From NCBI RefSeq assembly GCF_001465295.1, contig NZ_CP011034.1:120001-152000 (forward strand): 32,000 bases of DNA. Reading direction: 5' to 3'. Positions 13,942 to 20,829 of this stretch are shown piece by piece; position 1 is the stretch's first letter; the number at the start of each line of letters is the position of its first letter. The notes beneath the pieces were generated by a model. That model saw nothing but the letters and a program-made list of their open reading frames with translations, was not told the origin of the DNA and made no database searches. The translations under genes were made by a program, and so were the position numbers. Source of the stretch: Pseudoalteromonas translucida KMM 520. GTDB lineage: Bacteria; Pseudomonadota; Gammaproteobacteria; Enterobacterales; Alteromonadaceae.

Positions 13942-14565
13942 ATGTCTGCCAATTTAAACAAACTAGTAGTGATGCTAGAAATGCAAAATGCCATGAATAC
14001 CAAAGTACATGACCAATGGTTTAGCCAAGGGTTTGATTGGTACAGAGCCATTTGGGTTGAGTGTGCAGAAATGCTCGATCATTACGGTTGGAAATGGTGG
14101 AAAAAACAAACGCCTGATACCGAACAAGTTATTTTAGAGTTAGTGGATATTTTTCATTTTGGCTTATCACTCAGAATTGACGGTATCACCAGCTACGAAA
14201 AAATAGCTAAACAGCTTGAGCAAGAATTAAGCACTGCCTATCAAGCCGATGATTTTAAGCAAACACTGGAAGTGTTGGCGGCATCTGCTGTTGCAGATAA
14301 AACCTTTAATGCGGCTGCTTTTGCAGGTTGTATGGCGCAAATAGGTATGAATATTGACGATTTATACCGAGGTTATGTGGGTAAAAACACCTTAAACTTC
14401 TTCCGTCAAGATCATGGCTATAAAGATGGCAGTTACATAAAAGTGTGGGGCGGCCAAGAAGATAACGAGCATTTAGTAGAGGTTGTTAAAAGCCTTGATA
14501 CCGAACATGCAGATTTTGCAAAGTTAGTGTACGAAGGCTTAGAGGCACGATACCCAACAAAATAG
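13942..14565 (+). CDS. Dimeric all-alpha dUTPase family protein (dUTPase_2-like dUTP/dUDP pyrophosphatase)
   Basis: LEMQNAMNTKV...WYRAIWVECAEMLDHYGWKWWKKQ...ELVDIFHFGLS resembles the Campylobacter/trypanosomatid dimeric dUTPase signature from memory. The ATG at 13942 has an AGGAA Shine-Dalgarno 5 nt upstream; the ORF-track ATG at 13927 has none. Confidence 0.6.
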   Translation: MSANLNKLVVMLEMQNAMNTKVHDQWFSQGFDWYRAIWVECAEMLDHYGWKWWKKQTPDTEQVILELVDIFHFGLSLRIDGITSYEKIAKQLEQELSTAYQADDFKQTLEVLAASAVADKTFNAAAFAGCMAQIGMNIDDLYRGYVGKNTLNFFRQDHGYKDGSYIKVWGGQEDNEHLVEVVKSLDTEHADFAKLVYEGLEARYPTK

Positions 14566-14580
14566 TTTGCGCTAAAATAA

Positions 14581-15228
14581 TTAAATTAGCTTGCGATAGT
14601 CGGTAACATTTAAGTAATCGGCTATATCGTTATGTGGTTGTTGGCTGTCTGGGTTTGCAACCGCAAGCAAGTGTTCAATACCGTATTGGCGTGCAGCGTT
14701 GAGTACAGGAACACTATCATCAACAAAAAGCGTACGGCTTTTGTTAAATCCTAAGTCACTTTGCACCTGTTGCCATAAGCTTTGTTGCTCTTTACTTACC
14801 CCATATTCATGAGTTGATACGACACCATCTAAGTAGTTATCAATTGCAGTTTGCTCAAATTTAAGCATTACACACTCAGGGTGGGCGTTAGTAAGTAAAA
14901 TTAACTCTTTACCTGCTTTTTTAAGTTCAGTTAAAAAGTACGGCACATCGTCGCGCACTTTTATTAAGTGCTTAGACTGTCGCTTTAGTTCCATAATAGG
15001 TAGGTTTAACTGTTGCTCCCAATAATCTGAGCAGTACCATTGTATTTTTCCGCTAACGGCTTGGTAGCGTTTTAAAATATCAGCTTGCGCTGCTTCAAAG
15101 CTAATATTTTTTGCTAATGCGTGCTGTTGTGGAATAACGTTAAGCCAAAAATGGCTATCGTAATGTAAATCGAGTAATGTTCCATCCATATCGAGTAAAA
15201 CTGTATCGATTTTTGACCAATTTAGCAT
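14581..15228 (-). CDS. yrfG: HAD-superfamily GMP/IMP nucleotidase YrfG
   Basis: 215 aa. IDTVLLDMDGTLLDLHYDSHFW (HAD motif I), LLTNAH and FVDDS motifs are collinear with E. coli YrfG from memory. It lies next to nudE. Confidence 0.8.
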   Translation of the reverse strand: MLNWSKIDTVLLDMDGTLLDLHYDSHFWLNVIPQQHALAKNISFEAAQADILKRYQAVSGKIQWYCSDYWEQQLNLPIMELKRQSKHLIKVRDDVPYFLTELKKAGKELILLTNAHPECVMLKFEQTAIDNYLDGVVSTHEYGVSKEQQSLWQQVQSDLGFNKSRTLFVDDSVPVLNAARQYGIEHLLAVANPDSQQPHNDIADYLNVTDYRKLI

Positions 15229-15290
15229 GGGCTTTTCCCTGTGAAAAGTTTATGATTAAGCACAACTGCCATGATAGCAAATTAACGCCA

Positions 15291-15863
15291 ATGACACAGA
15301 AAAAGCACCCAATACCACCGCAAATCCTCAGTAATAAAGTTGTAGCTAAAAGTCGCTTATTTACCGTGGAATCTTTAGAACTTAAATTCTCTAATAACGA
15401 AGAACGTCAATATGAGCGAATTCGTGGCGGCGGGCGAGGTGCAGTAATGATTGTGCCGTTAACTAAAGATAACGAATTACTACTGGTGCGAGAATATTGC
15501 GCTGGCACTAACGACTATCAACTGGGTTTTCCTAAAGGGTTAATTGATCCAGGTGAAACACCAGAGCAAGCCGCTAATCGCGAACTTAAAGAAGAAGTTG
15601 GTTTTGGTGCAGATTACCTAAAACGATTAAAAGCGGTATCTATAGCGCCGAGTCATTTTAATACCACCATGCACATTATGGTCGCTAAACAATTGTATTC
15701 ACAAACATTGCCCGGTGATGAGCCAGAGCCACTGGTTGTTGTTAAGTGGCCATTAACCGATTGGCAGTCATTATTAACACAAGACGATTTTACCGAAGCA
15801 CGCAGTGTAGCTGCTTTATTATTATTAGATCAGTATTTAGCATCAGGAGTCATTGATGAATAA
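15291..15863 (+). CDS. nudE: ADP compounds hydrolase NudE (Nudix)
   Basis: Contains the Nudix box GLIDPGETPEQAANRELKEEVG. Starting at the ATG at 15291 gives 190 aa (E. coli NudE is 186 aa). The ORF-track start at 15177 would overlap the divergent yrfG by 52 nt, so it was rejected. Confidence 0.8.
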   Translation: MTQKKHPIPPQILSNKVVAKSRLFTVESLELKFSNNEERQYERIRGGGRGAVMIVPLTKDNELLLVREYCAGTNDYQLGFPKGLIDPGETPEQAANRELKEEVGFGADYLKRLKAVSIAPSHFNTTMHIMVAKQLYSQTLPGDEPEPLVVVKWPLTDWQSLLTQDDFTEARSVAALLLLDQYLASGVIDE

Positions 15864-16641
15864 ATTACTAGAGCCTTGTATATTATTGGCTGAGCGTGCT
15901 GGTGATGCCATTATGGCTATTTATAAACATGGCGATATTGGCAAAGAGCAAAAGCTAGACAACACACCTGTTACTAAAGCTGATCTTGCTGCTAATGACG
16001 TGCTTGTGGCTGGTTTAGAGGCGTTAGCACCCAATATTCCTATTATGTCAGAAGAAACACCAATCCCAGCATTAGCCGACAGGCAGCATTGGCAACGTTA
16101 TTGGTTGCTTGATCCTATGGATGGTACCGGAGAATTTATTTTAGAAAGTGGCGACTTTGCGGTAAATATAGCACTCATTGAAAATAACCAACCTGTGCTG
16201 GGAGTTATTCATTGGCCAACAAAAGGGGTAACCTATTTTGCGAGCGCCGATAATGGGGCATTTAAGCGTAAAAATGGTAGCGACAAGCAAATATTTGTAG
16301 CCTCACCCGATAACTTAACGGTTGCTGTGAGCCGCCGTCAAAAAATTGAAGCAGTGAGCCAATACCTTAACGCCCAATTTACTACTGTTGCTTTAGGGTC
16401 ATGCTCTTTAAAAGCATGTATTGTTGCAGAGGGAAAGGCCGACTGTTTTTTAAGAATAGGCCCCACTGGTGAGTGGGATACGGGCGCATCACAAATTATA
16501 GTTGAGCAAGCTGGCGGCAGTATTACCGATGCAGAGTTTAACCCACTAACTTATAATCAGCGTGAAAGTACTGAAAACCCAGACTTCATTGTAATGGGAC
16601 ACCCTGATTGGGAGTGGCAAAAAATGATTAATCCACACTAA
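15856..16641 (+). CDS. cysQ: 3'(2'),5'-bisphosphate nucleotidase CysQ
   Basis: Contains the inositol-monophosphatase family motifs SEE, WLLDPMDGTGEF and WDTGA. CAGGAG Shine-Dalgarno lies 6 nt before the ATG at 15856; the ORF-track start at 15853 is a TTG one codon earlier. The gene overlaps the nudE stop. Confidence 0.85.
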   Translation: MNKLLEPCILLAERAGDAIMAIYKHGDIGKEQKLDNTPVTKADLAANDVLVAGLEALAPNIPIMSEETPIPALADRQHWQRYWLLDPMDGTGEFILESGDFAVNIALIENNQPVLGVIHWPTKGVTYFASADNGAFKRKNGSDKQIFVASPDNLTVAVSRRQKIEAVSQYLNAQFTTVALGSCSLKACIVAEGKADCFLRIGPTGEWDTGASQIIVEQAGGSITDAEFNPLTYNQRESTENPDFIVMGHPDWEWQKMINPH

Positions 16642-16706
16642 AGGGAATACTTACAACATCAGCTGCTTGCTTTTTGTTCACTTGAACAATAATAATAACT
16701 AAAGCC

Positions 16707-16734
16707 TTGCATTATATGTTTATTCCTATATAGT
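16707..16734 (+). promoter_or_regulatory. Putative sigma70 promoter of the tRNA-fMet operon
   Basis: -35 TTGCAT (16707-16712), 16-bp spacer, -10 TATAGT (16729-16734), then a GC-rich discriminator AGCGCTC, about 60 nt upstream of the first tRNA. Confidence 0.45.
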
Positions 16735-16793
16735 AGCGCTCTCTTCAAGGCAGGCTCGTAAATATTACGGATTTGTTTTAAAGAAATTACAGG

Positions 16794-16870
<77 letters not shown>

Positions 16871-16951
16871 ATTTCCTTTAGGGGATGAGGTTACTGTAAA
16901 CTCTAGCTTAAGAGTTAAAATAAAGTAGTCGATAGACTTAAAATATACAGG

Positions 16952-17028
<77 letters not shown>

Positions 17029-17088
17029 ATTTTTAATTGGAAGCCAAGTTGTAATGTAAGCAACTTTAAATAAGTATGCAATTTCAGG

Positions 17089-17165
<77 letters not shown>

Positions 17166-17188
17166 CTGAAATAAATAAGAATAAACAG

Positions 17189-17211
17189 ACACTCTTTAAG
17201 AGTGTTTTTTT
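17189..17211 (+). terminator. Rho-independent terminator of the tRNA-fMet operon (repeat copy A)
   Basis: ACACTCT-tta-AGAGTGT hairpin followed by TTTTTT, 24 nt after the CCA of tRNA copy 3. Confidence 0.85.
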
Positions 17212-17233
17212 ATGTCTAAAATTTAGTAAGTGA

Positions 17234-17302
17234 CTCATAACCCGAAGGTCGTCGTCACTGCGTGATGCGTTCGCTCTTCATAAACTCTGGCTCCCGCAAC
17301 CA
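17234..17302 (+). pseudogene. tRNA-fMet 3'-half remnant (anticodon loop to CCA) with the T-arm replaced by a 34-nt insert
   Basis: CTCATAACCCGAAGGTCGTCG (tRNA positions about 32-52) and GGCTCCCGCAACCA (3' acceptor strand plus CCA) are identical to the intact gene. GTTCAAATCC is replaced by TCACTGCGTGATGCGTTCGCTCTTCATAAACTCT, and the 5' half is absent. Confidence 0.85.
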
Positions 17303-17325
17303 CTGAAATAAATAAGAATGAACAG

Positions 17326-17348
17326 ACACTCTTAAAGAGTGTTTTTTT
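17326..17348 (+). terminator. Duplicate terminator (repeat copy B)
   Basis: ACACTCT-taa-AGAGTGT hairpin followed by TTTTTT. Confidence 0.7.
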
Positions 17349-17370
17349 ATGTCTAAAATTTAGTGAGTGA

Positions 17371-17439
17371 CTCATAACCCGAAAGTCGTCGTCACTGCGT
17401 GATGCGTTCACTCTTCATAAACTCTGACTCCCACAACCA
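17371..17439 (+). pseudogene. Second tRNA-fMet 3'-half remnant, more decayed
   Basis: Same structure as 17234-17302, with G-to-A changes (GAAAGTC, TTCACTC, CTGACTCCCACAACCA). Confidence 0.8.
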
Positions 17440-17462
17440 CTGAAATAAATAAGAATGAACAG

Positions 17463-17485
17463 ACACTCTTAAAAAGTGTTTTTTT
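17463..17485 (+). terminator. Third, weakened terminator copy (repeat copy C)
   Basis: ACACT-cttaaaa-AGTGT followed by TTTTTT. The stem is reduced to 5 bp by a substitution. Confidence 0.4.
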
Positions 17486-17727
17486 ATGTCTAAAATTTGG
17501 TGAATGACTCATAACCCGAAATCGTCGCTTTACTATTTACCACATTCAGTTGGGTGAGCAGGAAGGAGTAATACATGGCTATAAAGGTAAATTTAACTCA
17601 TAGAATTTATAGGTTAGTTTTGAATATAAAAGGAACTTAGCAGCTTAATTAGTGCTAAAAGTAGTTATTTTTTTAAACTTAGCGTAGCTTATGTAGCAGT
17701 AACGTAAATATTTTAGCAAGAGTAGGC

Positions 17728-18342
17728 ATGACAGAACTTTACCACTGGTTTGATTTAATAGGTGTTGCAGTATTTGCCATATCGGGCACCTTGGTAGCGT
17801 ATGAAAAGAAGATGGATGGCTTTGGTGTTGTTGTACTTGCTACCGTAACCGCTATTGGCGGAGGAACTGTTCGCGATGTGATATTAAATGTTCCGGTATT
17901 TTGGCTGCACGACCAAAGTTATTTTGCTGCAATTTTAGCTGCAATACTACTAACAACGCGGCTAATAAATAAGCAAAGAACCATACCCCACTATAATTTA
18001 CAAATTGCCGATGCGTTTGGTTTAGCTTTTTTTGCTGTAATGGGCACGCAAAAAGCATTGCTCGCCGGTATGCCAGATATGACAGCAGTGATTATGGGGG
18101 TTATTACCGGATGTTTTGGTGGCCTAATTCGTGATGTACTTGCCCGGGAGATCCCCATGTTGTTAAAGGGCGAGCTTTATGCAACCACCTGTATAGCGGG
18201 GGGAATAGTGTACACCTTGTGTATTAACTTTTCGCTTATCGTTGAAGTTGCGATGATTTTGAGTATGTTGATGACTCTGTTACTGCGTTTTGCTGCCATA
18301 AAATGGGGTATTGTATTACACGTTTTTAAATATCCCGACTAA
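17728..18342 (+). CDS. UPF0126 / TRIC-family inner membrane protein (YicG/YadS-like)
   Basis: 204 aa and about 7 TM helices, built from two internal repeats. Each repeat contains G.GGG..RD (AIGGGTVRDVIL and GCFGGLIRDVLA), the signature of the UPF0126 / bacterial TRIC channel family. Confidence 0.75.
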   Translation: MTELYHWFDLIGVAVFAISGTLVAYEKKMDGFGVVVLATVTAIGGGTVRDVILNVPVFWLHDQSYFAAILAAILLTTRLINKQRTIPHYNLQIADAFGLAFFAVMGTQKALLAGMPDMTAVIMGVITGCFGGLIRDVLAREIPMLLKGELYATTCIAGGIVYTLCINFSLIVEVAMILSMLMTLLLRFAAIKWGIVLHVFKYPD

Positions 18343-18375
18343 ACTAAAGCTAAAGGGTATTTATTAGGATAGGGA

Positions 18376-19887
18376 ATGTCGTTAGCTCGCATATATTCTC
18401 GTGCTCAGGTGGGCATAAATGCCCCCGAAGTGATTGTTGAGGTGCATTTAGGTAATGGTTTGCCTGCTTTTCATATTGTAGGTTTGCCCGAGGCCTCGGT
18501 AAAAGAATCTAAAGACAGAGTGCGTAGCGCACTTGAAAATTCTAAGTTTGGTTTTCCCGATCAACGTATTACTGTTAATTTAGCCCCTGCCGATTTACCA
18601 AAAGACGGTGGCCGATTCGATCTTGCTATTGCCGTAGGTATTTTAGTCGCCTCAGGGCAAATAGTGTGCTCTGACATTCATAAATATGAGTTTTACGGGG
18701 AGCTGGCACTTAACGGTGAAATACGTGGCGTAAATGCTATTTTGCCCTCGGTGCTTGCTGCTAAAGAGCAGGACCGCTGCTGTTTTTTACCACTGGCAAA
18801 TGATAGCTTAGCTAGTTTAGTTAACGGGGTTAAACGCAAAGCCGTAAGCTCTATTGCAGAAGTGTGGGGCGATTTACTTAATCAGCAACCACTACCGTTA
18901 AATATACAATACCCAGATTGCACGCAAGCTCCTGATTTTTTGCTCGATTTAAGTGATGTGAAAGGCCAGCCTGGGGCAAAACGAGTACTCGAAATTGCCG
19001 CTGCAGGAGGCCATAACTTACTGTTTTTGGGCCCCCCTGGTACGGGTAAGTCAATGCTGGCTCAACGTATGGCGACCATTATGCCGACCATGTCAGATGA
19101 TGAAGCAATTGCTACTGCAGCGCTTTATTCTATTATTGGCCAGTCGATTGATTTAACTAATTGGCGACAACGGCCATTTCGTAACCCTCACCATACCTGC
19201 TCTGCCGTTGCATTAGTCGGTGGCTCGTCAAACCCTAAACCAGGGGAAATTTCATTGGCGCATAATGGCGTGCTTTTTTTAGATGAGTTGCCAGAATTCG
19301 AACGTAAAGTGCTTGATTCGCTGCGTGAACCTATGGAAACTGGTACTGTCACTATTTCGCGTGCGGCAAGACAAATGGAGTTTCCGGCGCAGTTTCAGCT
19401 TATTACGGCGCTAAATCCTAGCCCTACAGGTTGTCACAATGATAAGCGGGCAACGCCTGATCAAGTAATGCGTTATTTGTCGCGTGTTTCGGGGCCGTTT
19501 ATTGACCGTATTGACTTACAAATTGAATTACCAAGGCTAACGAGTGTTGAGTTGCAAAGTAGCAAACCGGAAGAAACCAGTGCAATAGTAAGAGCGCGAG
19601 TAGAGGCTGCTTATTATTTGCAGTTAAAACGCCAAGGTAAAGTGAATGCGCGATTAAACAATAAAGAAATGAGTATACATTGTGATCTCGCTTCTACTGA
19701 GTTGCAGTTTTTAGCCAGAGCGAGTGAAAAGCTGGCATTATCGCCACGCTCATACCATAGAATAATTAAAGTAGCGCGTACTATTAGTGATTTAAAAGGG
19801 GCGGAGCGTATTAGCTTAGATGAGTTAAAAGAAGCACTTAACTACCGCGCCTTTGAGCGCTTACTAGCGCAATTAACTAAGTACTAA
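18376..19887 (+). CDS. comM: YifB/ComM family Mg-chelatase-like AAA+ ATPase
   Basis: 503 aa. It has an N-terminal Lon-protease-like domain (VEVHLGNGLPAFHIVGLPEASVKESKDRV), a Walker A motif (GPPGTGKS), a Walker B motif (GVLFLDEL) and a C-terminal Mg-chelatase subunit ChlI-like region. Confidence 0.9.
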   Translation: MSLARIYSRAQVGINAPEVIVEVHLGNGLPAFHIVGLPEASVKESKDRVRSALENSKFGFPDQRITVNLAPADLPKDGGRFDLAIAVGILVASGQIVCSDIHKYEFYGELALNGEIRGVNAILPSVLAAKEQDRCCFLPLANDSLASLVNGVKRKAVSSIAEVWGDLLNQQPLPLNIQYPDCTQAPDFLLDLSDVKGQPGAKRVLEIAAAGGHNLLFLGPPGTGKSMLAQRMATIMPTMSDDEAIATAALYSIIGQSIDLTNWRQRPFRNPHHTCSAVALVGGSSNPKPGEISLAHNGVLFLDELPEFERKVLDSLREPMETGTVTISRAARQMEFPAQFQLITALNPSPTGCHNDKRATPDQVMRYLSRVSGPFIDRIDLQIELPRLTSVELQSSKPEETSAIVRARVEAAYYLQLKRQGKVNARLNNKEMSIHCDLASTELQFLARASEKLALSPRSYHRIIKVARTISDLKGAERISLDELKEALNYRAFERLLAQLTKY

Positions 19888-20603
19888 ATAGAGAGCATAT
19901 AACCTTTACCGCGTACGGTAACTATGCGTTTTTGATCTTTTTCATCATTTAATTTTTTACGCAAACGGCCAACTAACACATCTACAGTGCGATCGTTTGG
20001 GCTCCAATCAGGCTGGCCTATTTCTTCAGATATTTTTTCGCGAGAAGTTGCTTTACCTGCGTTACCAATTAAACAAATAAGTACTTTATGTTCCGCTTCG
20101 GTTAAGCGCGATTCAGCACCTGTAGCTGTAATTAATGTGCGGTTGTCGGGGTGTAATTTAAAGTCGGCATATTCTATAAACTCTTCGCCGTTATCATCGT
20201 TTTTATCATTTTCTGAATTTAAGTGTGCAATGCGTTTATATAAAGCACGCATGCGCAGTTCTAGCTCAAGTAAGTCTACGGGTTTGCATATGTAGTCGTC
20301 TGCGCCTTGGGCAAGGCCTGCAATGCGATCTGCTTGTGAATCACGACTCGATAATAAAATTACGCCAATATCGGTAAGGGTGTTTAACTCTTTAGCAAGT
20401 TGTAAGCCGTCGCGCTTTGGTAAAACAATATCAATAATGGCCAATGAAAAAGCACCGCGCACATTAACACGCGACCTTATAGTGCTCAGTGCATCGGCGC
20501 CAGTGGGGTCAACTTCGATTGTAAACTCGGTATTTGTAAAATGATTTTGGATGCGTTTAACGAGTAATTCGTCGTCCTCAACCAATAAAACATGAATAGT
20601 CAT
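19884..20603 (-). CDS. OmpR/PhoB-family response regulator (REC plus winged-helix); no cognate kinase in this window
   Basis: 239 aa with receiver residues (VEDD, the IIDIVLPKRDG phospho-acceptor Asp, DDYICKP). The C-terminal trans_reg_C domain shows LTEAEHKVL...TVDVLVGRLRKKL...IVTVRGKGY. Confidence 0.85.
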   Translation of the reverse strand: MTIHVLLVEDDELLVKRIQNHFTNTEFTIEVDPTGADALSTIRSRVNVRGAFSLAIIDIVLPKRDGLQLAKELNTLTDIGVILLSSRDSQADRIAGLAQGADDYICKPVDLLELELRMRALYKRIAHLNSENDKNDDNGEEFIEYADFKLHPDNRTLITATGAESRLTEAEHKVLICLIGNAGKATSREKISEEIGQPDWSPNDRTVDVLVGRLRKKLNDEKDQKRIVTVRGKGYMLSI

Positions 20604-20732
20604 AATACTTTATTGTTAATGCTTATAGTTTTCTATGGTAGCACCATTAAGTAAAGGCTGAGAAGGGCGTTTATTGCTTTTAAGTAACCTAATGTTTCAA
20701 AAGTAGTTAATAAGTTTATAGTTTAGAAAATT

Positions 20733-20763
20733 TAGCACCTTTAGAGCTTTATTAAAGGTGCTA
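20733..20763 (-). terminator. Probable terminator of the S9 peptidase gene
   Basis: TAGCACCTTTA-N9-TAAAGGTGCTA hairpin 67 nt downstream of the stop. On the minus strand it is followed by AAATTTTC, a short T run. Confidence 0.45.
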
Positions 20764-20829
20764 TTTAGCCTGTACTCAGAATAAATATCTTAATCTAAGT
20801 TTGCTTAATTATTAAAAATAATTTAGCGA

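Larger units (their letters stand above)
17166..17527 (+). repeat. Tandem array of 137-bp units (2 full copies plus about 0.64 of a third). Each unit is a 3' trailer, a terminator and a disrupted 3' part of tRNA-fMet.
   Basis: Copy A is 17166-17302, copy B 17303-17439 and copy C 17440 to about 17527. A and B differ at 7 of 137 positions, and C is more diverged and truncated. See the first finding. Confidence 0.9.

Noticed and set aside
15177-15290. N-terminal 38 codons of the ORF-track version of nudE
   Set aside because: This extension would overlap the divergent yrfG coding region by 52 nt. Starting at 15291 gives the expected NudE length of about 190 aa.
17265-17306. 13-codon ORF inside each repeat unit (MRSLFINSGSRNH; the second copy is MRSLFINSDSHNH), considered by analogy with tpr in the E. 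coli tyrT repeats
   Set aside because: It has no Shine-Dalgarno and lies downstream of a strong terminator. The two copies already differ by non-synonymous changes, which is consistent with neutral decay.
17166-17527. CRISPR array or integrated mobile element at the tRNA locus
   Set aside because: The units are 137 bp, directly abutting and about 95% identical, with no unique spacers, so this is not a CRISPR array. No integrase, transposase or foreign-looking gene follows; the next genes are core (a TRIC-family protein and comM). At most this is a scar, not a resident element.
20623-20724. Direct repeat TTATAGTTT (20623-20631 and 20716-20724) upstream of the response-regulator gene, as a possible autoregulatory site
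   Set aside because: A 9-bp AT-rich match about 93 bp apart in AT-rich intergenic DNA is expected by chance, and the spacing does not fit OmpR-family tandem half-sites.
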